Assembly: GCF_001194135.2 (NCBI RefSeq)
Contig: NC_068983.1
Location: forward strand, 61,224,934 to 61,288,933
Source: Octopus bimaculoides
Lineage: Eukaryota
Length of the DNA stretch: 64,000 nt
Reading direction: 5' to 3'
Under the pieces are notes generated by a model. It was not told where the DNA came from and ran no database searches. It saw nothing but the letters and a program-made list of their open reading frames with translations. This document shows positions 50,501 to 64,000 of the stretch, in pieces. Positions within the stretch are counted from its first letter, which is position 1. Each line of letters starts with the position of its first letter. The translations under genes were made by a program, and so were the position numbers.

Positions 50501-51677
50501 ACACTGATAAATACCCTCCTGTGCACTTTATCTATCTAGCAATGCATACTATTCTGATTTGTTCATACCACCTGCATAGTAAATAGTACATTACCTCATC
50601 ACTATTTTCATCTACTCTCCAGAACATACTCAAGCTTATACATCTCATTTATCTCATTCAGCTCTGAAATATTAGGCTGAAAAGCACCATTCTACACACT
50701 TCCACTATACCCATTTCAATTTTCATTCACCACGGTTGCTTTGCTGTAAAACATTACAATTCACATAGCATATTCTTTCTTTTTTAATGCTCCAATAAAA
50801 GACTACAGTGTGAAATTCTGGCTTCTGCATTCCTTCTAAATTTATGTTCCAGATTATCATTATAAATATATGCACGCACACACACACAGACAGACATAGT
50901 TGCACATGTATATTTACACAAAACACACAACTATAATTAAACATTTCATGATTCAATATCACATTACTTAGTGTAGTCATGGTCTTTCAGATGCGATTAT
51001 GAAAGATCTCATAGGTGAAACTTAGATGCAATAGTGGATCAGTAACTGTTTATTTACTATTATAAATATAATAAACTCTACAGAATGTATTGATTTTCTT
51101 TTGTTTATGGCTGTATACATGTGTGCATGTGTGTTTGTGTGAAAATTAGGTTGATAGATGTAATCAATTGAGAAAATATCTTACATTAATTTCTTTAAGT
51201 TGCATCATTAACAAATCTTTATTTTGTCGGTATAAGAAGACTGTGGAGAAAGTGATAGCTGCAACTTTGATTGGTTTATTGCTAAAGAAGAGCTTAAACA
51301 GTTTGTCACACTTAAAAAGTTTTAATTTTTTTTATGCAGAGTAAAGTATTAGAACTGATTAATTGTTGGTTGTAATTTATGTAGTGGTATGTATCATTTT
51401 AGAAGTTACTCATCCACTTGTAGTAAATAGTGAAATCACATAATAATGAAGTAGGAGAGTACTTCATTGTATAAAATGTATAGATTAGATTGAATTTCTA
51501 GGTATAAAGTACATCTTACACCATTGACAATGTGCTTTTTTGGTCAACAAATATAGAAACCAAGTATATGAGGAAAGAGTTGGAAAGCCAATGCTTTGAC
51601 AGAGTTCGTTAACGAAACATACATATAGGGAACATACACATAAAATTGTTCTGGAATGTGATAAAGGTCACCGTACA

Positions 51678-51714
<37 letters not shown>

Positions 51715-53988
51715 AATAGTTCTACTATTCTGACAGAAATAGTAATAACAACAACAAGGTTTCAAGTCTAGCTGATATTAGCTGTAAAGCAGAATTTACA
51801 GAATTTCTTGTCTAACTGAACAGACAGCTACTTGACGCCTAGGTTAAAAAATACAAAGTTTTCTCATCTGGTTTCTGCTAGCTCCTACTCTGTCTCACCA
51901 AACCACAATTTAATAAATGTTCACAAGTGAAAGGGCAAAAAGGGAACTGAAGTATATCAGTTGAATAGTAAGGAAAAAATTAATGATTATATATAGGAAT
52001 ATAACGTTGAGTCAGTCAGTAAAATGCCTGAAAATACTGACATTGAATTCAGAATTGTCATTGAATAAAGGGAAAATTCTGGCCATTAGTGACGAGAATT
52101 ATCTATAATACAATGACATAACTGGTTCAATTTGACAAAACTCTGTAATATTCTATGCTAGTTGTATTACTTGGGATTATAAATGCTAATGGCATCAATT
52201 AAGTATTTAATTAAAACCATATAACTTAAGTGTTCAGAACTGCAAATATGCAATTGTGTATTATTGTCACAGAGAGATAGTTAAATAAGTGTGGTAGGTG
52301 AGTTGGTTACATCTAAATGTAATGAGATACTACAATTTTATTGCTGCTTACAGCTCTACACATCATAGGAGATTTTTTTTTTTTTCCGGAAAAGTGAGTC
52401 TGATAGTCATTACAATCCAGCAGAATCAATCGTTGAAAGGTGTTGGTCCAATATTAGTGATGGAAGTGGTAACAACAGCAATGGTAGATTCAACAGCAAG
52501 AGTAACAGCAGCTTTGTCACTACCTACATAAGGGACTGGGCAAATTAATCACCTCTATTAACTCTTGAATAGCAAAGGAATAAAAAGGTTAACAGAAATA
52601 AACATTACAATTACTAGAGAGTAAGTGGTAGCAGGGTATATAGTGGGGAAAGGAAGAATGGTGGTAAATTTAGCACCAATATTTGGAAAATGTTTCACTT
52701 CAACTTTATTATTTAAAATAGTTTAGAATTTAAGTTTACTATTTCTGAGTTAAATGCAAACACAAATTACACATTAAGACAGGAAAGAAAAAAAAAGGGG
52801 TTAATTTCTAATATAGAGATTATAGAATAAATTAAACCTCTTAATTCGTAAAGACTAACACATATATTTCACATTTGTTTGCATAGTATGTTGTAGTTAA
52901 AAGGCGCAGAAAGTTTTGAAAAGGAAATGAAACAATTCATTTTTTTGAAAATCTGATTAATGTATAAGTTACTGTTTAGAAGGAAAATAGTTCAAATTAA
53001 GAAAAGATATATGAATATAGCTCTTTGATTGTGATTTAAACTAAGGCTATGTTCATCACATCTTTATAAAGTAAGGATATTACTGAAACTAATTTTTTAT
53101 CACTTTTGCAAACATACACACAATTCATAAGCGACAAGCATTTTATCAGTGTTTACAAGTTAACATTTGATTGAGAAAAATATATACGTAATAACAATTA
53201 TATGTTGATGATAGATTATTATAATTATCATCATTTTTAAAAATAAAGTATACATATCTATAGTATCTACTACGGTCTAAATAAGACCCTGAGGTAGTAT
53301 CATTTCACAAGACTGAAGGAGATATGTTCCAGAAGGTACCTTCAGCACATGTGTGTTTGAGATTATTTCATAAAGAATATTTATATTTAACTCAACAATG
53401 TTCTGAGTCCCTTTACTTCATTCTTGTTTTTTTTTCTCTTACATTACAAATTATCATAGTTAAGTTAAAAGTACAAGCAATAGAATTATTTTTAGATAGG
53501 TAAAGATTAAAGAATAGTAAAGAAATTTGAGAACACTAATTTGAAAATTAACTTAAAAAACAAGAAATGTTTAACAATAAAAAAAAACAAAAAGAAAAAA
53601 AAACAATCTAATACATTTGTTGCTGTATTGATCTCAGCTTCTTTGATGAATTAATTGATTTGTTAACTATGAAAATCAGAATTGCTCAAACATTTTTCAA
53701 GCCCTTAGACATACATCCTTTTAGTCATCACAAGATATCTTGTGATTAGAGCTGAAGGAGTTATTTTCACACACACAAAATCTTTCCTGTTTTGCTCACT
53801 GCACATAGTTTAAATTGCTAGTAGCAGCACGCCATGATTTATAATAGTTTTAACAATTAAATTTTATTCTTCATTGCACATAATTTGACACTGATGTAAA
53901 ATGCCTGGCTGCTTCACAACCTAACATTATATAGTTAGTTTACAGTAATAAAAAAATATCAATTTATTTAAAAAGAAAATAAATTTAA

Positions 53989-54032
<44 letters not shown>

Positions 54033-54219
54033 CAGTCAATAGAGAAATTCACATCATTACTGACTTACGTTGATTATATATAGGAAAGCAAAAAAAAGGA
54101 ATATATACAGTGTATTAGCTGAATTGGCTTTCATGTAACAGTTACTAGTTCATTGTGGAATGACAAAGCTTAATGATGAAAGAATAGATTAAGTCAAAGA
54201 CCACATTTTGTATAAAGGT

Positions 54220-54525
54220 TTAGTGAGCAGTAGTTACTTCATTAGTACTCTTACCTAGGTTAGTCAAAGCTACAGCTGGTGAAGGGCAAGGAGGAGAACA
54301 GCGAGGGCTAGAAGTGTTTGTTCTAGGGGAGCCTTTAGCTGAGGATTGTAAAATATTACGTATAACTGAGCTATTATTGCTGTTACTAATGTTGCTACTA
54401 CCATTGTTGTTGCTGTAGTCCTTGTTGAAACATTCTAATGAATGTACTTTTGTCAACTTTCCATTCTCTATCCCAGCAGCTACATAAGAGAAGACACACA
54501 AAACTGCATAACAGATCTGGTCAGC
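54220..54525 (-). CDS. MADD: MADD (DENN/MADD, Rab3 GEF) canonical last coding exon: ADQICYAVLCVFSYVAAG plus Ser/Asn/Pro-rich tail
   Basis: ttttcatttcag| phase-0 acceptor. With the upstream exon it reads HKFKSSM-ADQICYAVLCVFSYVAAG, matching recalled human MADD [24 protein letters not shown]. Confidence 0.88.
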   Translation of the reverse strand, partial: ADQICYAVLCVFSYVAAGIENGKLTKVHSLECFNKDYSNNNGSSNISNSNNSSVIRNILQSSAKGSPRTNTSSPRCSPPCPSPAVALTNLGKSTNEVTTAH

Positions 54526-57500
54526 CTGAAATGAAAAATATAAACATTTTTTTATTATTGAATATTTCATTAAGAAATTAATTACTGCAACTGTAGCTAC
54601 AAGTTACAAATATTTTAGTTATATGCAGAGAAATTTGTTTTGTAATATCAAGAAAAGCTTTAATATATAAGCTGTTACTGATTGAAATCTGGATGTAAAT
54701 TTCTTAAATTGGTAAAATACATTTAAAAATTATAACTAAACAATTTTATTGGTACATTATCTAAGTTGCTTACCGATTAATGTTTTTTGAACATTATATC
54801 AATTTTTAACATAATTTTAATAAAACTTAATGTTAATTTTTATTCTAAGAAATTGTCACAGAAAGTGAAAATAATCAAGAAATAACTCTAGAAACCAGAC
54901 ATGTATTATGAATTTCTAAATAAATTGATTTCAGCTACTGAAATAAGTGACATGATCTCTTTTTGAAAGTAAGTTTTGCTAATGTCTACATTATTTTATG
55001 AAGATTAAAATGCAGATTTGAAAAAACACAGGTAGTTTGATATAATCAAGCAATATATTTCAGCTGAAAAAGCTGGTGAAGCATATATTTTGGCAGTTTA
55101 TACAGGTATAATTATTATATATTAATATTACATACTTAAGTTGAATTAAAATCAAGGGGAAACAAGTAAACTATTGAAATTCAACAATATTGTAACTGGC
55201 AGATGATATATATATATATAAATTAATAAGAAATATTGATATAAATTATAGGTAAATGTTATATGATCACACCTGTCATTAATTTAAAACTGAGGAGAAA
55301 GAAATGAAATATATAATCAAAAGTCAGGTTTAGTATAAGCAGAAATAATATGGTTTAGGTTATGATTAACTGAACTAATTATGGCTCTCTGGATCAATGT
55401 CAGAAACATTAAAAAATATCCAGTAAAACCTAAACAAGTTTGTTAGTTGTCAATGCTAGTTAGTTAAATGCAAATAATGATGAGGCTTTATCAAATGGAA
55501 TCTTTTATTTCAGCAGTATTTTATCCAAAGAAATATTAACTTTTTAAAATACTATACAAGGTCTTTAAGACATATTTTAATGAAAACCACAAGAATACAA
55601 GGTGAATGTATGGCAAAATTGATGAAACATTGGAAAAATACCTTTCAGAATTTTGTTTACATTATGAGTTCAAATCCTACAAGATCTACTTTATTTTACA
55701 TCCTTCTGCAGTCAATAGAAATAAGTACAGAATGCCAATGTGATTGACTATAGCCTATAAGACTGTTCCCCAGCATGGCCAAAATCAGTAAATGGATAAA
55801 AATATGTGATAATGTTGTATACATATTAACTCCCATTTGTAGAGGTTTATTATTACTTGTCAAAAATGCTGTTACACAAAGTGCATAATTCAAAAGTAGG
55901 AACCTGTGAAAAAGCACACAATTTTCTTAAGAATGTATGGTTAGGTCTGTCATGAGAAATCCATTTAAAGATAATTTCTGATAACACTGAAACTAAAAGT
56001 CCAATTAATGTCAATTAATGGAAAACTCTCTCAAAGAGTCTATACTTTGCAGATGTTGGTGCTTAAACAAGTTACATCCAGACTGGAAAAGCCAGACTAA
56101 TGATGGCAAATAGTTGTATATGGGGCTATGAGATCAAACTAATTTGTTTCTAGGTGCAATACTTTATTTTACGTTGCTCCATTTCATCTGGCCATATGAA
56201 ATTGGAATCACTTTATTTGGGAAAGTGCAATAGACTATCATCCTACCCAACAGCTAATTTACTACACATCTATATGGTTAACACTAATGAATCTTGCCTT
56301 AAGCACTAGCTATACATATATCTGCTATTTCTGGAAAAAAAAAAAATTAGCAGAAGATAAACAAAGTAAAAAATGAAAATGTAGGGTATCATAATCATCA
56401 TCATTTTACATCAGCCTTCCATGCTGGCATGGCATGCAGTTCTAATTAAAATAACTATCCAGTGAGAAATTAATCTATCATTCACTTAAAACCAGAGTTA
56501 AACACTGGTCCATAAGAACTATAGAAGGCATTATATTAAATCAAGTTAGGAAGCATTATTTAGATGTTTCATAATCTATGAATAAAGCAAGAAGAAGGGG
56601 AAGAAGAAAACAATGGACATTCATCCAAGTAAAGAGTTAAAGTTATTAAAAGAACAGTTAAACATTGAAAATTATTAAACTGTCTCTCATATTTTCCTCA
56701 CATTTTAGTTGTTACTTTACTATTAGCTGAGTGGAAGTAGGTTTTTCAGAAATAATGTTCATTGTCAAATACTTAGTAAAATAAATTGTGAAGTAGCACT
56801 AAGTCACTATCCTTTTTAAATGCTGTTATTCTTGTATTTCCTTATACGAGGAGCTTATTTTCAAAACCGGTGTAAGTGTACATTTGGTTGATTTCATGAT
56901 AACTATTAAAATACAATCTGCAAGCTCCTGGCTTCACACACATGAAATTTTTTTCAGTCAAACTGGGATAGATGCTATATAAACAGTAAGTGAATCTTAG
57001 TCTTCCAATCAAAATCAGATATATTCAAGTTGTTTCCTCAATCACTCAAAAGTTACTCTGATGCATATATCTGGTTTTGAAAGTAAGCTCTTCATATATT
57101 TGTGTGTATTTATGGCTCCCTAATTACTATCTTCGATGTCTCCATGCTTGATGCTTTCTAAGAACAGAATACATGTCTATTAGTTATTATTGTTTTTTGG
57201 CTCTAAATTAGCACTGATTGAGTAGCTCTATAGGCACAGGTGTACATCTGCCATGAAAATGACATTTTAAGACAACAGGATGTGATTTGAGGGAAATTTA
57301 GCTGCTATCTTAAGCAAGTAGAGTGATTGCATGAGACTCTCTCACTGGCAGATGCAAATTCTAGTAATTCAATAATCTAAAATTCTAGACTTACATTATC
57401 ATTATTGTCCATTAATGATGCTGTTAGAAGGATAAGTCTCCAAATATTCTCATATATCTTGAACATGTTTTAACTCAGGAGAGTCTTACTTTTACTTATG

Positions 57501-57711
57501 CCTTTCTCACTTTAACTCTACTATAAGCGCATTAAACAAAACATAGCAAATAGTTTTGTATCCATCAGCATTTTTATATTTTAGATGAATAATTACTTTG
57601 TCTATTTATTCTAGTTAAAATGACTGTTCTGTTATTGAAATAGCTCTTGAAACTACAAGTATATATATATATATTGCTGTTATGGTGAATAAAAGAGAGA
57701 GTAATATACAT

Positions 57712-57713
57712 AT

Positions 57714-57795
<82 letters not shown>

Positions 57796-57839
57796 NNNNN
57801 NNNNNNNNNNNNNNNNNNNNNNNNNNNNNNNNNNNNNNN

Positions 57840-57891
<52 letters not shown>
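57712..57891. repeat. (TA)n(TAGA)n, gap (N 57796-57839), (GA)n microsatellite block
   Basis: Seen directly in the sequence. Confidence 0.95.
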
Positions 57892-57894
<3 letters not shown>

Positions 57895-57948
57895 AGTTTA
57901 ATAAGTTTTCAGTATTCAAATGAAAAAGTTACTGCACAAAAGCCAGTG

Positions 57949-58059
57949 TCAAGTTAAGTATGTCCTACTCTTTATACGATAGGTGGATTTCTTTGAGCTT
58001 GAGCTCATTGCCATATGTTTCGCAAAGACACGGTGAACCATTAAAACCATCTGATTGGC
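57949..58059 (-). CDS. MADD: Candidate alternative MADD last exon: ANQMVLMVHRVFAKHMAMSSSSKKSTYRIKSRTYLT*
   Basis: aatctttctttatctttag| phase-0 acceptor, 36 codons to TGA, ATTAAA at 57902-57897; the start aligns with the canonical exon (A-[ND]-Q-[MI]-x3-V-x2-V-F-[AS]). Confidence 0.55.
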   Translation of the reverse strand, partial: ANQMVLMVHRVFAKHMAMSSSSKKSTYRIKSRTYLT

Positions 58060-60889
58060 CTAAAGATAAAGAAAGATTACGTTTCACAACAATTTTATGT
58101 ACAAAGATAATCTGAATTGATTCAATACCGTATTTATTCATGCATACAATGCACATTTTTTAATCAAATTTTTAAAACTGGAAACCTGTTTTTCCTTTCA
58201 TTAAAGATTTTCATTTATGCAATTGAAGCCCCATGAAATTAGATACAAAATATGAAATGTAGTTGTTTAAAATGCTTTTCACTTCCTGAAAACTTTAAGT
58301 GTTGTTTCAAATTCATTAAGATTCTGATTTTATGAAGTTTTCTTTTTGAAAATTTTCAAAAGGTGGGATAGAATAAAAATTAGCATGGCTTATAAAGAAC
58401 AGTGGAAATGAATTTTTGCATAATTGTAATCTCTTATTTAAGAGAGTGAAGTTTGGTTTTAAATACAACTAACAGAGCTACCTTTTTATACCAGGTATAT
58501 TATCTTAGTAAAAAACAAATGGGAGTGATTTGAATATCCTATTTCTAACATGCCGAGTTATTTAATGAAAGTCTTGCTTGTAAGATCATAGAAAAATAGA
58601 TGCATACTTAAAATAGTAAGGTGTGATTAGAGAGATTTAACTGTTCTTTGTTAAATAAACCAAAAGCAGTCCAAAAGGGATTTCTGTTAGAGTGACACCG
58701 TTTTTAATGTTTATAGGATATAAACATATACGTCAGTTACAATTGTTTTATATATAGTAACACATAAAGGATTCAACTTTAGGAAACAGTTTTCAATTCA
58801 GATTGTGTTGATAAATTTGTATGAATATTCTTGAATTTGTACTCATTTACAGATTTCATTATTGTTGTTCTTTAGCCCTAAGTCAGTCACAAAATAAGAT
58901 AATTTTCTGCAAAGAGCTTTAAATACATTTATTAATAATATTGAATGTGTAATTTCCACAATAGTAGCTTTACAGTATCGGCATAATTTTACAGCTTACA
59001 CAAGTAAAGTTCAAATGTTACTTCCAAATTTGTCTTCGTTAAAATACATGAACTCTTTGTATTGCATTTTCTACAGCCTTTATATATATATATATTTTCA
59101 AATTTTTTTCATACATCATAATACTCAAGAAGAGTCTGTGCATATTGTACATGAGAGATATTTTTCCGAGCTTTCATTCCCCATAATTAGGTTTGTGCAT
59201 TACACAGGAATAAATACAGAATTCATCATACTATACCTGATAAAGTTACAATGATATTATAAACAAAAGGTTACCATTGCCATTAATCTAACTTACAAAT
59301 TTGATAAAGTCACCTAAAATCTAATTTTTATATTATCAAGTACTTTTTCTTATTTTCATGGTAATTTACAGCAATTCTATTATATTGAGAGGCATTTTCA
59401 GTGAGGGATTTATTTCCAGGATAGTTATTAACATTTTTCCAGTAGTTACATTGACACACATATATTAATATGTAATTTTATAACTTTGTGAGTTTTAAGT
59501 AGATATAAAGACATTGTTAATGATGTTTACTAACACAAAAACTGTTCTTTGACATTCCGAGAGTGTAATGATAATAAAAAGCAACTGATCTTGGCACAAA
59601 TGTACTAGTTAAGGAAATTTGAGAAAAACAAATGGTTCTTTAATTGCAATCAAGTACTAGAATCATATACTAAAAGAAAAAATTATATATATATATATAT
59701 ATATATACGCACACACACACACATATATATTCCCCTGTGTATGTGTGTGTGTACACATACTATGACTAAAATAAAAGAAACAACATTGGAGTCTATATCA
59801 ATAACAGAAATCTGAACACAGTGAACAAAAATAAACAACATAATATAAATACACACTAGGTAAGAAAGGAGAGAAGGAAAATGCAATAATTCTTCCTGCA
59901 TAACTCAGTATAACTTGTAAAGGAATTTGCCAACATAATCAAAACTCTAGCAAATGGAATGCTTCTGGTATTGATAAACAGAAACCAGAATTAACAATGT
60001 ACGATAAAGAGATGATGAAAACCAACTCTAACCCGATAAGAATAGGAATTTTCCAGCCTTTATTTCCACTATTTTTTTCTCTCTATCTCTGACTGTATTA
60101 CAAAGGATGTTAAGTGAAAACAACAGTTAAAATGTTGAGAAAAAATTAAAAAATATCTCCTCTATATGGTTGATTTAAAAATATATACAAGACACAAACA
60201 AGGCATTCAATAGAGTTCAGTTTTGAGGGGTATAAAATTATTTCTCAGTCACCATTAATCCCAGGTCTGCTCTGATCCTGGTTGTTAGCACTTGTCAAGG
60301 AACCCATTAATTAGTCAATTAGTAGAAGCTGGTTCTGTGGTTTAGGCACATAGGACTCAAAAGAGGACTGATTCTTAGACATGTAACACAGAGGCCTACC
60401 AGTGTGCAGATTTGCCCTGGTGGCATGTAAACAAGTCACCCATATCTAAGCTAGAGAGAGCAGGAAACTAGCAAAGTTAACTAAGCTGGTAAGAGGCAAT
60501 GGGAAATTACTGCTGTATCTTTCCCAAGAAACAACACAAATCTTCAAACTTTGGCATGTTAGCATGATGTATGAAAAGTGAGAGAAGGGTCTATATCTAT
60601 TGGAGGACCTGTTAAAAAGTAGATCCAACAGTAATATCAAAATGGGTACAGGATTAGACAAATATTTCAAAGTTACTCTAAAAAGAAGAACACTAATTTT
60701 GAACTTGAAACATCAAGATAATTAAACCAGAGAAGTAGGGCAGAACCAGTCATTCAGAGTTGATGCTTAAGCCCAGGTAAATCTTCATGAGGCAAGCTCA
60801 AGATGAAAGAGGTTTCAACCATAGACATTATGACTTGTTTTTCAAACACAGTGCATCCAGTACAACATTATTGAATAAGTCCTTCCTAT

Positions 60890-61145
60890 TTTTAGATGGT
60901 AGCTTGTTATTTGTAGAGAATTTGATGGTCAACTGTAACAGGTCAAGTGATTATAGAGAAGCTCTTTCTTTAGCCTGTAGTAATGAGGGTGTTGCTGTTC
61001 AGACCTGGGCTGTCCTCAAATGAGAGACTTGATTTTTCAAGTATAGTATATCTAAAACTATATTATCTAATGTATATCTCCCATTTCTAAATGGTGGGAT
61101 GTAGTATAAAAGTAATTTGGCTGCTACTTCTAACAGGTCAAGCAG
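60890..61145 (-). repeat. Dispersed ~190-bp repeat family (CTAAACAACAAC-tailed), extended copy
   Basis: GTTGCTGTTCAGACCTGGG...AATTTGGCTGCTACTTCTAACAGGTCAAGC. Confidence 0.55.
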
Positions 61146-62223
61146 CCATATATAGGCTTCCTCGTTGTAATACTTAGGAATAGATACAACTAAGATACAA
61201 CATAGAGAAATGACAAAGAAAATTAAAGAGTATTGCCAAAAAAAAAAAAAACCCTTAAATACTAGAAAAATAAGACTATAATAGTCTAGCAATCCCAGTT
61301 ATAATCTACAGCTTCAAACTGAAAACTGGGTAAACATCCAGTGTGCTAAAAACCCAATTCCTCTATCTAAACAGCTGATATCAATGCATCATACACACTC
61401 ACACACAAAAAAAATTAGTCTGATATAGTAATCACAATGGGCCTAGAAAAATATTTACAAATAAGGAAAAATAGACTAATGTAATACAGCACAAACTTTT
61501 CTTTACAGACACGGTGATAATTAAAAACAAACTAGAAGTTAATTACATAAAGGAAACAGGCTCAAATAAAGGCAACAAAAAAAGTAGGAAAGTAAACAAT
61601 AAAATGCAGAGAAAATCACTTTGTGGGTCAGTATGATGCAAGACTGGAACAAGGAGAAAAATGGGTCAATATGAGCTAGGCAGAAATGCAAGATACAATT
61701 CTTAACTATACTAGATCGATGCATAACTACAACAAACTTTCAGAATAAAATTATTTATTATAAAAGTACATTATTCAACTATATTTAATAGGATTATTAA
61801 AGAACTATGTTGAGCTGTAGAAAATTTATTCCTGCTTGTTTCACAATAACAGAATCATACGAGATGATAAAACAGTAAATTGGGTTGAAATGCAGATGCA
61901 AATAATTTTTTTAACATTCTATAACCTACTCCGTATTTCCAATCAGTATTCAAATCCTTAATTCAGAACCAATCTTTTGGCATTGCTCAGCTAATATTAG
62001 GAATTATAACTCAAACTGAATAAGATAAGTTTGCAGGAATTCCCATTTCCTATTGACTAGCTTAATCTCTCTTTATTTTTATTAAATATAATTTTATTCC
62101 CCACATTTATAAATAATTTCATTTGTTTTGACCTTGGGACTCATTTGGATTAATGTCAAATGGAAATCAATAAAAATAGAATCATCACAGTACAGCCTTA
62201 CAAACTGGAATGTAGCAACTTAC

Positions 62224-62270
62224 CATGCTGGATTTAAACTTATGAGGAATCACTTGCCTAGTTTTGGGAT
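62224..62270 (-). CDS. MADD: MADD penultimate coding exon (47 nt): (D)PKTRQVIPHKFKSSM
   Basis: Very long polypyrimidine tract + ttacag| acceptor, |gtaagt donor, phase 1/0; resembles recalled human VPEIKEVVSHKYKTPM. Upstream exons lie beyond the window. Confidence 0.88.
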
Positions 62271-64000
62271 CTGTAATGACAAAAAGAAAAAAAAAAAAAA
62301 GAGAAAGAAAAAAAGAAAAGAACATTGAATTTTTTAGTGATTTCATTTTTTCTGCTTTAGATATACCATAGAATAAATAATTATCAACTGGGATCTCCTT
62401 GATATGCATAATTCATATAAACTCCTCTAATATAAAAAAAGTATTAATCTATAATGTGATGAACTTATGCTTACACAAGTGGCGTAACCATTTTGTTCAA
62501 TCTTCACAGCAAGGCTAAAATTATGCTTACTTAAAAATGTATACTTTACATTTCAAACTAATGGAAAAAGTATATGCACATTTGAGCTTTTTGCTTTCAG
62601 TTATTGTAAATATTTGAAATAATAGGTGCTGTGATGCACACATGTTTATAAGAAGACTCGTTCTATCACCTACTTTTGATTCATTATGTAGAATTTACAT
62701 TATTTTTTTTATGAAGATTATAAAATTGTGAACCACAGAGAGACAAATGTTAATATGCCATCTATAATAATAAATGGAAAGATTGTGTGCTTGTGAATTT
62801 GTTAGTTTAACTCCTCTGAGACTATCAAACAACCTTGATGAAACTTGATACGTGTGTGGGGCTCGAAGGTGTACATAATAATGGTGGAGGTAGTAATTAT
62901 TACCAGGTACCACATGTGGTCAGGAACGTAGTATCCATATCAGTATTAACAAGGAGTGTACAAAAAGTACAGTAAAATGTCTGGTAATATTGATTGATAA
63001 CCAAAACTTTGACGCACATTAAAGTAATGAACAACAAATGTCGCTGTGAAATGATTGCTATAAATCACTTTGATGACTTATTGAAAAAAGTTGCTCTGCT
63101 CAGTTGACAGCAAAAGATTTCCTCCTTGTGGTTTATATAAGAAGTAAGACTTGGAACTGTTAAATGAGAGATTCATAGCAACAAAAGAGCTGAGTGAGAC
63201 AATTATTTTGAGAAAATTTTAGTGTAAGTGAGTAGACAAAGGCCAATGAACCAAAAGCATAGGTAAATATATATGTTGGTAGGGGAAAATAACACTAATC
63301 AATGATGCACAACCATTGAAAAACTGCTATGGATTGGCGATGAAATATACCATAAAGTGAGGTGGATTTAAAGAGACTTGAGAAGTAGTTAAGTTATAGT
63401 TGAAGTTGTAGAGCCACAATTAAAGGGAATGTACAATGTTCAGATAAAGCAGTAGGCTTTGATGTTTGCAGTTAATATTTACTAAGATACTAGCTGAGGT
63501 TCAGAGTGAATCTCTAAGTTATAGTGCATAGTTAAATGACTGGAGGAAGATACAGTTTGGTAAAATTATTCCAGAATAACAAAGTATTTTCAAGGTTTTA
63601 ACACATAAGTGATGGTAGATGGTAATGAAAGCTGATACATTACAAGATCATTTTCACAATTTAAATGTTTTGCCTTATCGGTCAAATAGTAACACAATGT
63701 AGAAAAATCTGTTTAAACTAAGATTAGAATAATAAACTATTCTTACAAATATGCATATCCTTAGACTTAGCAAAGATAAAGATCTTAAAGTGGTAATTTA
63801 TAAAAACATTTAATTCTTTAAATAAAGAGCTGAGACAGTTCAGAAGACCAAAAGTACTCTTGTAATGATAAGAGTAGCATTTATAGTAATAACAATCATT
63901 CCATAGCCTTTGAGACAATCATCAGATCATATTACCAATGTGGTAATATTTGGCAACTGCACTTCAAGAAAGACCAAATTCTTTTAGGAAATGTGTCAGG

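Noticed and set aside
57965-58156. ORF-track peptide ...GQSDGFNGSPCLCETYGNELKLKEIHLSYKE
   Set aside because: Wrong phase for the upstream MADD exon; the phase-0 frame is the one resembling the canonical exon

Overview
AT-rich, microsatellite- and retrotransposon-dense animal genomic DNA with five N-gaps. The RTE-LINE tails ending in (GAT)n and the tRNA-derived SINEs resemble those of octopus, so a coleoid cephalopod is inferred. Two convergent spliced genes are present. (1) A plus-strand BLTP3 / UHRF1BP1L (SHIP164) bridge-like lipid transfer protein. I traced 17 coding exons by hand from 5365 to 32784; all introns are GT-AG and phase-compatible, giving 4272 nt (1423 aa plus stop). The first ~70 codons are not in the window. 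(2) The 3' end of a minus-strand MADD (DENN/MADD, Rab3 GEF) gene, with a 47-nt exon at 62224-62270 and the canonical last exon at 54220-54525. Between and within the genes are two different decayed mariner elements, a Tc1/mariner MITE, a probable non-autonomous Helitron, RTE, CR1-like and Penelope retroelement remnants, and SINEs. There is no rRNA, true tRNA gene or CRISPR array. Most interesting observations: an apparent duplicated, alternative last exon of MADD (57949-58059) with its own stop and ATTAAA; young inverted LINE tails bracketing one BLTP3 exon (a circRNA / A-to-I editing configuration); a candidate 45-nt cassette exon and a LIR-like motif in BLTP3; and a tandem RFX X-box-like pair between the genes. 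Protein identifications rest on my recollection of human sequences, not on database searches.
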